Assembly: GCA_977017575.1 (NCBI GenBank)
Contig: CDRNVI010000053.1
Location: 310,001-374,000 of the forward strand
DNA from: Paramoeba atlantica
Lineage: Eukaryota; Protista; Discosea
Length of the DNA stretch: 64,000 nt
Direction of reading: 5' to 3'
In this document: positions 49,296 to 58,762 of the stretch, piece after piece
How positions within the stretch are numbered: the first letter of the stretch is position 1
Layout of the letters: every line of letters begins with the position of its first letter
Notes under the pieces: generated by a model
The model's database searches: none
The model's input: only the letters and a program-made list of their open reading frames with translations
What the model was told of the DNA's origin: nothing
Position numbers and translations under genes: made by a program

Positions 49296-51707
49296 ATGGT
49301 ACGTGTACCCGCGAGGTACCTAAATCTCAACAGGAATCAAGAAGTCCCTGCTATAGAAGAAGGGACAGTATACGTCTCCTGTGATGGATGTGACGCGGCG
49401 TGCAACGGTTATGTACAAGGGTTTTTCTTCCGATGCGCTTCATGTCGGCATGATTTGTGTCAAAACTGTTATGAGCTTTTAATTTTAAAGCCTGCCTATT
49501 TTCCAACGAAAGCATCGGATCAAAGATTACGTGCAAAACTGATAAAGAAACACCCCAATCATCAATTTTTCTTTATGGGGATGGCTCCAGACCCAGCAAA
49601 AATCTGTGTTACGGCCCCAGAAAAGAAAAGAAGAACTCCAGGCAAAGCAAAAGTGTGTATCGCACCCCCAGAAAAGCAACAGCGAACTACCCAGGAAAAT
49701 AAGTTAATTTCCCTTCCGCCACAGACAATTGAGGAGTCATCAGTTACAAAAAATGCGAAACGGAAAAGAAAGAGTGTTCGAAGAAAATCTATTCCATCGT
49801 TGAGCCCGAGAAGCGCTTTCGTTGACACAAAGAACGCGAAACAGATTGATATGGCTGTGCGTTCGAGCAACAGTTCTAATATTAGAAAAGGACTGGTCCC
49901 CTCTCCTTGCCTACACACCCGTCGATCTTCTCCTAGCGAATCATCTCACAGCGATGCTGAGCTGATTTTACCACACGGAATGTCTTCCGGAGCTCCCGAA
50001 GAGGGAGGTTCTCGTAGGGAAAAACTCCCTTTAGTTCAGAAATACAGAGCAGCAAACGTTTTAACCGAGCCAGACTACATAAACGTGAACTGTATTGAAA
50101 CACCAAGTGAAAATGCTAACGAAACCCTGTCGTCCGTTTTGATTCAGGCGGAGAGTAATGATCGAGTGGCAAATTTTGAGCATATGATGATGGCGCACGA
50201 AGTCGATCTAGACTATTCTAATGATATCGATAGTTTTGATGTTGTAGAGGTTGATCATGATCAACCTTTAGCACGTCTGCGCCCGCATCTTGGTACTAAA
50301 ATCAATACTACTCGCTCGCACTGGAAGGCAACGAAAATTTATCCCGTGTATAGAGAAACATCTTTTAAACCTGAGAAGAAAGCATTAGTAAGATTCTTCT
50401 CGTCTCATGTTGTGGAAAACATGGAGTTGTACATTTTGCTTGCCGAATATAGTGCTCATGAAACACCGGTTTCGGAGCTTCTCTTCGTGTGTAATGACAA
50501 CACTGTAGTAAGGGTAACCCTGGGATCTCAGACCATCACAGCAATGGATACTTTAGTACATGACATTGATCGTAACATATTTACTGAAGAAGGTCATAGA
50601 AAAGTGCGTTACAGCGCTGTTCGCATCACCTACTGTAATCGACATGCTGTTTACGTTATTGAATTACCAATTGAGGAACTTCAATTATCTTTCTTGAAAG
50701 TACAAAACAAAGGTCCTCTAAGTCGCACAGAAAGGTCTTCTGTCCCGGGGGTCGAAGCAACACTGTGTGAAGCACATGGAACTGTTGCACACTATTCCGA
50801 CGTTATTTATCGTTGTAGGCTTGAGGCATCGCAGATGGTTTCGTGTCCAATAGCAAGAGGGGCCTTGTTATGGGCGATGCGAGGATCACTTTTAGCTATT
50901 GGCTTCGTATGCGGGGATGTACTCATATTTACGTTGGAGCAACGTACGCTAAGGCCTTGCGGACGGTGCAACCTTAGAATACAAAGTCTTTGTCAGCCTG
51001 TGAGAGTCTGTGATAGTCACGACCTCTCTTATTCGGTTCAACATGCCTGGAAGCACTGTTGTCTCGAAGTTCGCGAGCAGGAATGCTCCGCACCAGCCAC
51101 CGCAACAATGACTACTTCAATTGTAATATTCGGCACTGTAAACTTACTAATAGTTTTGGAGGTTCGTCCTAGTTGTACACCCAAAGCACTTTACAGAGAA
51201 ACGCTTGATTCCACTATTGCATGTGTTGAAGAATATTATACACCGGACAGCACTTCACGGTATAGTGCATCCTTCAACGTTATCTTAGGCGACGGTTCAT
51301 GGATGCTTTTCGATGTCACGATTAATAAGCATCCCCGACCTGTAGTTCATAAGAGGTATGTTTCGGGTTCGTCCGACAAAATACCATGGTGGGTGGATTA
51401 TGATACAGTATTTGTGGGCGATAGTGCCATAGGTATCCCCGAAGTAGGATCATGTGGAGATCGTACAGAAAGTAATATTACAAACGCAAAGCCCGTACAG
51501 TCGCAGAAAGGCATGCTTTTCGTGCGTTCGAGACAGAATAATTCCGCGGCATTCTCATACAACTGGTATCCTTGGGCTAATAGCGACCCCGAAGGTGGAC
51601 GTACTGGTGTCAGCGTTCCATCCATACCTCCTCGATGCATTTCTTCCTCGACTACACTCGTACACTGCCCGGTTGAAGGTGCACTTTACCGTTTTGTACC
51701 CAAGTAG
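49296..51707 (+). CDS. ZZ-type zinc finger protein with a C-terminal beta-propeller-like region
   Basis: SCDGCD..FFRCASCRHDLCQNCY..HPNH; basic linker; LAIGFVCGDVLIF WD-like strands. Confidence 0.65.
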   Translation: MVRVPARYLNLNRNQEVPAIEEGTVYVSCDGCDAACNGYVQGFFFRCASCRHDLCQNCYELLILKPAYFPTKASDQRLRAKLIKKHPNHQFFFMGMAPDPAKICVTAPEKKRRTPGKAKVCIAPPEKQQRTTQENKLISLPPQTIEESSVTKNAKRKRKSVRRKSIPSLSPRSAFVDTKNAKQIDMAVRSSNSSNIRKGLVPSPCLHTRRSSPSESSHSDAELILPHGMSSGAPEEGGSRREKLPLVQKYRAANVLTEPDYINVNCIETPSENANETLSSVLIQAESNDRVANFEHMMMAHEVDLDYSNDIDSFDVVEVDHDQPLARLRPHLGTKINTTRSHWKATKIYPVYRETSFKPEKKALVRFFSSHVVENMELYILLAEYSAHETPVSELLFVCNDNTVVRVTLGSQTITAMDTLVHDIDRNIFTEEGHRKVRYSAVRITYCNRHAVYVIELPIEELQLSFLKVQNKGPLSRTERSSVPGVEATLCEAHGTVAHYSDVIYRCRLEASQMVSCPIARGALLWAMRGSLLAIGFVCGDVLIFTLEQRTLRPCGRCNLRIQSLCQPVRVCDSHDLSYSVQHAWKHCCLEVREQECSAPATATMTTSIVIFGTVNLLIVLEVRPSCTPKALYRETLDSTIACVEEYYTPDSTSRYSASFNVILGDGSWMLFDVTINKHPRPVVHKRYVSGSSDKIPWWVDYDTVFVGDSAIGIPEVGSCGDRTESNITNAKPVQSQKGMLFVRSRQNNSAAFSYNWYPWANSDPEGGRTGVSVPSIPPRCISSSTTLVHCPVEGALYRFVPK
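49595..49700 (+). repeat. Intragenic tandem duplication
   Basis: AKICVTAPEKKRRT / AKVCIAPPEKQQRT; DNA gcaaaa.t.tgt.t..c..ccccagaaaag repeated. Confidence 0.7.
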
Positions 51708-51999
51708 CGGTAACGCCTCTCCAATGGGGTTTAATTTTATCATGCACACGTGATAGCAACTAATGGTCAAGATTTCACTCATCTCCTTGACAAGTAGGTG
51801 CGCACATAAAGCGAAATGCATTGACTGCGTGAAGTATATAATGCGATTGTAATATTCCGTTATGATTTGTAGCAACCCTTTAAGACTGCAATTCATGTTT
51901 TAATACATCCCACCTCACTTTTAATAAACTTATTAAATAAGTTTATAAAAATAACGAATCGAAAATACATATTATATTCCATTTGTCAAATTATTATCC

Positions 52000-52760
52000 C
52001 TTTTCAATCCATCCCCCACCTTTCCGCTTCAAGCCTCTTTCTTTTTTCTTTCTTCTTCCCTCCACCACAACACCCCCTTCATCTCCCATGTTACGGCGCA
52101 CGGTGTTTCACGCCTGCTCCTCTCTGTCTCACCCCCCACCCCCTCCGACTCCTGCGGAAGTCCCGGACGACACCCTCACCGCTCCCACCCGCTCTTCTGC
52201 ACGACTCGCCCCGGGCCCCTACCGCCGTGTGGGGAATCTCCTCGTGGTGGAGGTCAAGAAGCAGCTGTGGCAGCAGGGCTGGGAACTCGCCCGGGACCTG
52301 CGCTACCTGGGGTTCGAATACGGCCGCCAGGTCACCGTTCACCCGGACGTGCCGGAGGTGCGGGAGCGGCTGTTCCACGTGCGGCACCTGGTCACGATCG
52401 ACATGATGGACCTGGATGAGGTGAAGGCGGCGCTGCATATCCCTCCCCATATTCACTTTTCGGATCTGCTCGCGCAGTACCCGGATAACTGGGGAGAGGT
52501 GCCGGTGGGGAGGGGGTGCTACGTTGCCGCACGGAAACGGTTTTGTCAGTACCGGAAGGAGCGGCTGCGGGATATTGTTCACCGCGATTCGATAGAGAAA
52601 AGGATGGTAAAATTACAGAAACAACTGGCCAGGGAGGAGAGCGAGAAAGGTCAGGCACAGCATGGGGGTTGAAGAGGTGTTGTATCCCCAAAGGGGGGTT
52701 TCTTTCTCTACGCGATATGCTACGCCGTACTGTGAGAGTGGGGTTTCTGTGTATTATGGG
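52000..52760. other. GC-skew inversion island 6 (uL30m)
   Basis: C-rich 52010-52220 starting in the spacer; G-rich 52230-52760 extending past the stop. Confidence 0.85.
52088..52672 (+). CDS. MRPL30: Mitochondrial ribosomal protein uL30m (kinetoplastid type)
   Basis: GPYRRVGN, LRYLGFEY.RQVTVHPDVPEVRERLFHVRHLV, RLRDIVHRD match the recalled trypanosome uL30m; first ATG 52088. Confidence 0.8.
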   Translation: MLRRTVFHACSSLSHPPPPPTPAEVPDDTLTAPTRSSARLAPGPYRRVGNLLVVEVKKQLWQQGWELARDLRYLGFEYGRQVTVHPDVPEVRERLFHVRHLVTIDMMDLDEVKAALHIPPHIHFSDLLAQYPDNWGEVPVGRGCYVAARKRFCQYRKERLRDIVHRDSIEKRMVKLQKQLAREESEKGQAQHGG

Positions 52761-52914
52761 TTCTTATGTAAATTGTGTGTCGACATTGTAATGTAGATGC
52801 AATGTATCTACATTGCATATTTCTAATTGAGTTGAATGGAGGTGATAAGAAAGCGCGTGCATTGAATGATGCACAGATATATTTCGTACAGTTCTATTGC
52901 TATCTTGCTTACCT

Positions 52915-53589
52915 ATGTCTTTTGTATCGCCGGAGAGAAGCGTTATTTTTCTGGAGCGAGAGGAGGCCTCACCTCCTCGAAAAAACTATGACCTTCACGC
53001 GGTTGTGTCAAAAGTAGAGCTGAGGCCTTTCGGTGACTTTAATCGCCAAATTGCACTTAGCCCGTTACGAACGTCTGCGCGGTCTTCTACTATGAGTGAG
53101 AAACTCTTTGACGTAAATTTATTCGACACGCCGTATCATCAGGAAGACGAATCCCTGCTTTTCTTTAAAAAGCGAACTCCCAGGTCAAGCAGTTTCCCTC
53201 TACAGGAATCTCCCCAGACTAGAGATGAAGTAACGTTTCCAACTGTACCGTGCGAGTCTTGCGATATTTCGTTGTCCTTCAAAGACCCAGTTGAGCCTCT
53301 TTCCGTGGGAGAACAGGTTTCTGATATTGTTTATCCACTAGAAACATCACACGTTTCTAATGAAGGAAACAATAGCAAGAAAATTTACGATCCCATCTCA
53401 CAGTCTAGCAATAAGTTTATTGAGCCAGTTAGTTCGGCAACGGACTTAGAACCCAGCAGGAGAAATTCAAAAAAGAACACATTCGCCGCCCCTCCGGTGA
53501 GTCCTCCTAAGCAATGGACTAAGGACGTCCAAAATTTCTTTCAATATATCGATTCAAGACCCTTGCAAATGGAAACCGAGGTAGTGTAG
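52915..53589 (+). CDS. Disordered protein with Sororin-like C-terminal motif
   Basis: S/P/E-rich body with SP sites; terminal WTKDVQNFFQYIDSRPLQME; first ATG 52915. Confidence 0.55.
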   Translation: MSFVSPERSVIFLEREEASPPRKNYDLHAVVSKVELRPFGDFNRQIALSPLRTSARSSTMSEKLFDVNLFDTPYHQEDESLLFFKKRTPRSSSFPLQESPQTRDEVTFPTVPCESCDISLSFKDPVEPLSVGEQVSDIVYPLETSHVSNEGNNSKKIYDPISQSSNKFIEPVSSATDLEPSRRNSKKNTFAAPPVSPPKQWTKDVQNFFQYIDSRPLQMETEVV

Positions 53590-53659
53590 CTCGTAGAATC
53601 GAAGTGTGAAATTGGATTATGAAGCATATTTAGGTATTACTTGTATAGCAATGCGCATG

Positions 53660-53720
53660 TAGGTATGTTGTATAATAATGCAACGTTGTATAATGCTGCT
53701 ATGTTGTATAATAATGCGTA
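53660..53720. repeat. Short degenerate tandem repeat
   Basis: (t)atgttgtataataatgc in about 3 imperfect copies. Confidence 0.6.
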
Positions 53721-54012
53721 CATGTATGTGATAGTATTTTACACGTATTGGTACTCTCATAGTAGTGCAAACTATACCCGAGAAACGCATTGCATTGCCC
53801 TGGGAACTATGATATGCTAAAACAAAACAATCGAATGGAATTCTGGAGTATCATACAGGAATGTGTAAATCGAAGATCCTACACAACCCCCTCGATGAAT
53901 ATGTCATGCTTTACTGCGTTAAATTGCAAAGAATTAATAAATTAGTTTAAATTAATAAATCATTAAGGTCGTGTGAATTTTCTTCTCGCCAAATTTATTG
54001 CCACTCTTTTTA

Positions 54013-55020
54013 ATGGGTCGTACAATACTTATCAGATTTCTGAATGCAGCCGATGGTCCGCCCATCAGAACTCGTCCAAGCAAAGTAAGCGGAGTAACCA
54101 TTTCTATGGAGATGCAAATGTCACACTTCATTGAGCATATAGAGAATCCTCATGTTACGTGGGTTGAGGCACGCCCTATTCAGAAGTGGTTTGGTATTCG
54201 TTTGGATGAGGCACGTGAAGTAACAAGCGTTCGTTGGATGACTTTAAAGCTTAAGGGAAATGTGTCGCTTGAATTCCTCCCATATTCAACTAAGGAGTGT
54301 AATCTAGCCGGAAATCTATTGACCTCGTGTGGAACACTTCAAGGACTTCCCAAAGAGCTGCAAGTACTTTCAATTTCGCGGAACCGAATAGATCAACCGT
54401 TAAACTTGGGATATCTTCCTGAAATGATGCTTTCGTTTTCCGCTCATACAAATAAGTTTAAAAGCGTAGTTGATCTGACCAGTCTTCCTTCTGGAATAAC
54501 GATCGTTACCTTCCGTCACAACAGGCTCTATGGAAAGCTTGACCTCACTTCCCTTCCACGACAACTTAATTCGCTTCTCGCCAATAATAATAAATTTGAA
54601 GGCGCACCGGATCTGGGGCACCTGCCGTCTTCACTTTCTAATCTCAACTTAAGTCACAACTATTTTATAGGCCAACTTTGCTTTCAGCATCTTCCACACA
54701 GTCTCAAGATTTTGTCTTTGTCTCACAACGGATTTGAAGGGTTTCTGGATCTGGAATTGCTTCCTCCGAAATTGAATTTTTTTGACGCTGGAAATAACCA
54801 ATTCCAGGGCACCATTTCTCTAGCGAAGCTTCCTCCTGGCATCGAACATCTGGATTTTAGTGGAAATCATCTGATCGGGGAGCTTCATTTAGAAAATCTG
54901 CCACCAACCTTGGCGAACTTATACTGCAATGAGAATAACTTTAACGGTACGTTGAACCTACAAAATATTCATTTTGAGATAGACTTCAACGGAAATTCGT
55001 TCCGTACCGTATTGGAATAG
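54013..55020 (+). CDS. Leucine-rich repeat protein (LDLTxLP-type, about ten repeats)
   Basis: Repeats FKSVVDLTSLP, LYGKLDLTSLP, FEGAPDLGHLP, FEGFLDLELLP, FQGTISLAKLP; first ATG 54013. Confidence 0.9.
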   Translation: MGRTILIRFLNAADGPPIRTRPSKVSGVTISMEMQMSHFIEHIENPHVTWVEARPIQKWFGIRLDEAREVTSVRWMTLKLKGNVSLEFLPYSTKECNLAGNLLTSCGTLQGLPKELQVLSISRNRIDQPLNLGYLPEMMLSFSAHTNKFKSVVDLTSLPSGITIVTFRHNRLYGKLDLTSLPRQLNSLLANNNKFEGAPDLGHLPSSLSNLNLSHNYFIGQLCFQHLPHSLKILSLSHNGFEGFLDLELLPPKLNFFDAGNNQFQGTISLAKLPPGIEHLDFSGNHLIGELHLENLPPTLANLYCNENNFNGTLNLQNIHFEIDFNGNSFRTVLE

Positions 55021-55378
55021 TTTTCTTTTTAATATAATTTTGTAGACACACATGACTGATTCCAAACGTATAACATTGATGTAGCCCTCTTTTTGGTCAT
55101 TTCTGGTCTTGGTTTCTTGGATAACGAAATTCTATTTATTTTTTTGAGTCCTTTTTCTCAGCGGTAACAGCAATATTTCAAACAAAACTTTGTTGGGAAG
55201 TGCACTGGAAGAGGCTTTACTGCCACCATAACTATCAAAACTTGGAGTTCCGATATACATGTATATTATATGCTGTAGATCAATCAGAAATCCTCATTAA
55301 TCAAAGATTCACTTTTTTTATTCTCTGCTTGTCTATCCATTGGCCTGAATAATAAAGAAGGACAGGTAACTTCGAAAA

Positions 55379-56050
55379 ATGTCTGGTGAAGCGAGGTACC
55401 CCATTTTGCCGTCACGCATGGGTCTAAGCGTGATGAAAACTCGACTCAAGGGTGCCCAGAATGGGCACCGCATGCTGAAAAAGAAAGCAGATGCCATTCA
55501 AGTGAGGTTTCGCTCGATTGTAAAAGAGCTATCCGAAACAAAAAACGAGTTGGTAAGTCACACAAAACAGGCACAGTTTTCTCTCTGCGAAGCTCGGTTT
55601 TTCGCTCCAGGCGGTACATTAGATTTCGCAATTCAAGAGTCGCTGAAGCTCCCGACACTTCAAGTCCATCTTGCCACAGAAAGTATTGCTGGAGTGCCCA
55701 CACCAAAATTTTCGCTTGCGACGGACTCACTTGAGTGGGAAAAGACAGTGAGCACTGATGTTGTTTCTTTGGGGCAAGGCGGTGCACACATTACCCGGGC
55801 CCGCCAAAGTTTGTATGAATTACTATCGGAATATGTGCGAATTGCATCTCTACAAACTGCATTCATTGCGCTGGATCAAGCTCTTCGCAAGACTAACCGT
55901 AGAGTCAATGCTTTGGAAAAGGTTGTGATTCCAAAGATGATTCGTACAGCGCATTACATTGAAAGTGAGTTGGAGGAAATGGGCAAGGAGGAATTCTTTC
56001 GACTCAAAATGGTGTGCAAGAAAAAGAAACAAGAGGGACATAGCCGGTAA
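55379..56050 (+). CDS. ATP6V1D: V-type ATPase subunit D
   Basis: PSRMGLSVMKTRLKGAQNGHRMLKKKADA; ASLQTAF; KTNRRVNALEKVVIP; EEFFRLK. Confidence 0.95.
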   Translation: MSGEARYPILPSRMGLSVMKTRLKGAQNGHRMLKKKADAIQVRFRSIVKELSETKNELVSHTKQAQFSLCEARFFAPGGTLDFAIQESLKLPTLQVHLATESIAGVPTPKFSLATDSLEWEKTVSTDVVSLGQGGAHITRARQSLYELLSEYVRIASLQTAFIALDQALRKTNRRVNALEKVVIPKMIRTAHYIESELEEMGKEEFFRLKMVCKKKKQEGHSR

Positions 56051-56189
56051 ATATTTTTATAGTTTCTCAGTGAGGGAAGTGGGCTTTTCTATAAACTCAT
56101 ACAATATAAATACGGTACCTGCAATGTGTGATAGGTAAAAATGGGGTATAATAGCCATTTTCCTGGATTAAATGTCCAGGACTTGCCAC

Positions 56190-56338
56190 TACTGTCCCCT
56201 TACTATCCTAGCGTTGCTCGGTATCCGCCTCATTAGCGTTGCGTTTGGGGCTGTCTCTTGCCGCGAAGCGGCAAATCTTTTTACCTCCCCTCTTAGCGTT
56301 GCTTTCTACCAGAACCGGGCAACGCTAGGATCTATAGT
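56190..56338. mobile_element. MITE-like element, family A, copy 2 (inverted and more decayed)
   Basis: TACTATCCTAGCGTTGC at 56201-56217 is identical to 16737-16753; same order of four TAGCGTTGC boxes and CTCTTGCCGCGAAGCGGC hairpin as the reverse complement of copy 1. Confidence 0.8.
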
Positions 56339-56426
56339 CTGTCTTATTTTCTACTGATTTTTTTAAATACCTTTTAAATATTTTGGAGAAGAAAACGTTT
56401 TTCAAGTTGTTGACATCCTTTTGTAA

Positions 56427-58289
56427 ATGTTGAATCCAGATTCTTCGAAACTCAAAATCTTTGTCCGTTTACGCCCGATTCGTCCACGGCACTTGGCTCC
56501 GGATGGTATGACATCGTTAAATGAATTGGGCGTCTCCTGCACACAGCACGTATCAAACGATAAGCCCGATTCTCCTCTTTCTTCACCTTTTCACATTCCA
56601 TGGAGGTGGACATCTACTAAAATTAGTCACCTTGGGTGGAGTTCAGAGGCTTCATCTTGCGGTCCTGCGAATGGAAACAGAACTCAAGAGACGCGGAAAC
56701 TCATGAAGGGCAACGGCATTTCAATGCAACAATTCGACTGTCACCGGGTGTTTAAACCTCACGAATCCACTTCAGAAATTTTTCAGTCTCTGGTCCCCCT
56801 ATTACATGATATGACTCGTACGCGCCAGAATTTGTGCATTGCGGCCTATGGTCAAACCGATACCGGAAAAACTTATACTCTTTTTGGAACAGAAGCTGTC
56901 CCTGGTATTTTTCGTTTGGCTGCAGAAACGTTGCTGGGTGTAAGTAGGGCCAAATTTTCACTTTCTGTTTCTGCCGTCGAAGTGTACAACGAACAAATTC
57001 GCGATTTGGTGGATCCCAGGGCTCCTGTCGTAGTGCTCCAAGAAGCTAAAGAGAAAATATGCTCTCGAATAATACAGATATCATCCGTTACAGAAATATG
57101 CAACATAATGAATCTAATTCAAATACATCGATTTACTGGAATTACGGACGCACATTCTCACGCCAGTCGATCTCATTGTATCGCCTCTCTTCATCTGATG
57201 TTCAGTGAAACGGATCAAGTCTGTTTGCAGATTGTAGATCTGGCCGGCAGTGAAAACGCCGAAGATCCTTACGAACATCCTTCAAAAAATATGAATATTC
57301 TTCATGGATCATTCACCTGGTTCGTCCGCAGCGAAGAGTACAAAGCTCACAAGAGACGAACACAGGAAGGATCCAATATTCGAAAAAGTCTTTTGGCTCT
57401 TACGCGGTGCGTTCACACGCTAGCGAGTTTGAATCACTCTCATGTCCCGTACCGAGATAGTAAATTAACCAGGATTCTTAAAACGGTACTTTCGGGGTCC
57501 GGAGTTCTAGCTCTTATATGCACCGCTGATCCCTCAAACTATCGTGGTACGTTGAGCACCTTGCGCTTCGCGGATTCGGTCCTACGTATGTTGACGAATC
57601 GAGATAGAGACGGCGCAGGCGATCTTGCTCCGTTGTTAGCGCACTGTGAAGAAGAAATAAAAATATTGGAAGAAAGTGCTGTTTTGAACACTGCAGAACA
57701 TATCGATAACCTTCAAGAACTAACTTCTGCGCACAAAAAGAAATTGAGCCTGATTGAATCAGAGGCGAAAAACCAAGAACTCAAACGAAAAACGAAGAAA
57801 GCCGATTATAAAAAACTTTTCTATCAACTGGAAAGTCGTACTCGGGCTCCTTGGCGTCAAACTCCCCCTTTATCACGTCAGAGAACCACTAGCTGTCCTG
57901 TACTTTTGTATGGAAGAGATACTGATCACCATAGTTGTAGATCTCTCGTTGAACGCCAAAACTATGATGTAGGGAAGAATTCTTTTGATGCAATAGTATT
58001 ATCCCGGGAAAAAGACTTTTTGCAAAGACAAAAGCAAAGTGTGGAAAGAGGTTTAGAAAGAATGAGAAATATGGATAATTGCGTTGTTGACATGACCAAA
58101 AATTTGAGAATATTGCAACATGAAGTAATTGCCCTAAAGAAACGTTTTGGATACTGCAATACAGACAAATGTGTGGATGACAGTTTCGATCCAAGCAGTG
58201 GAAATTCACAAAATGATATTACTTTAATACCTAAATTGCATAACATGTGCAATTACTTGGACCTATTTCTTTCAGAAAACAGAGAATAA
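56427..58289 (+). CDS. Divergent N-terminal-motor kinesin
   Basis: IFVRLRP, YGQTDTGKTYT, VEVYNEQIRDL, SRSH, VDLAGSE, HVPYRDSKLTRILK; coiled-coil tail. Confidence 0.9.
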   Translation: MLNPDSSKLKIFVRLRPIRPRHLAPDGMTSLNELGVSCTQHVSNDKPDSPLSSPFHIPWRWTSTKISHLGWSSEASSCGPANGNRTQETRKLMKGNGISMQQFDCHRVFKPHESTSEIFQSLVPLLHDMTRTRQNLCIAAYGQTDTGKTYTLFGTEAVPGIFRLAAETLLGVSRAKFSLSVSAVEVYNEQIRDLVDPRAPVVVLQEAKEKICSRIIQISSVTEICNIMNLIQIHRFTGITDAHSHASRSHCIASLHLMFSETDQVCLQIVDLAGSENAEDPYEHPSKNMNILHGSFTWFVRSEEYKAHKRRTQEGSNIRKSLLALTRCVHTLASLNHSHVPYRDSKLTRILKTVLSGSGVLALICTADPSNYRGTLSTLRFADSVLRMLTNRDRDGAGDLAPLLAHCEEEIKILEESAVLNTAEHIDNLQELTSAHKKKLSLIESEAKNQELKRKTKKADYKKLFYQLESRTRAPWRQTPPLSRQRTTSCPVLLYGRDTDHHSCRSLVERQNYDVGKNSFDAIVLSREKDFLQRQKQSVERGLERMRNMDNCVVDMTKNLRILQHEVIALKKRFGYCNTDKCVDDSFDPSSGNSQNDITLIPKLHNMCNYLDLFLSENRE

Positions 58290-58762
58290 TAGTGTTCAAT
58301 ATTTTCAAAAAAAATTGATTTACGTGTAGGCTGTTTCTTCAGATTTTGCATCTTGTGTAATAAATATTTGAGAATCATATACTTTCGTTTCTCACACAAG
58401 ATTTTGCTCAAGAGTTTATTCGTATGTCAAGATGTTCATTAAAAAAAGAAATGCGAAGCAGTGCAACCTAGTAATAGTATTTGTTGGCTTATGTTTAGTA
58501 GTATTTTGAACCCGTATACATGTACATTTGCAATGCATTGCTCATAATTCATTTTCTTGATAGACTATATTTCAAAAATTGCACTATATTTGCGAACATC
58601 CTTTGATTTACTAGTAGTTTTTTAAACTTTCTTTCGCATAACCCATTTCTTATTGCGGTTTGTCTCTTACCTGCGCTGAGAGGTATTGATTGAAATTTCA
58701 CAATAATCCCTACTTCAATCTCATATACCTTGTCGCGTATCGGTCATTCATTTTCGCCTAAA

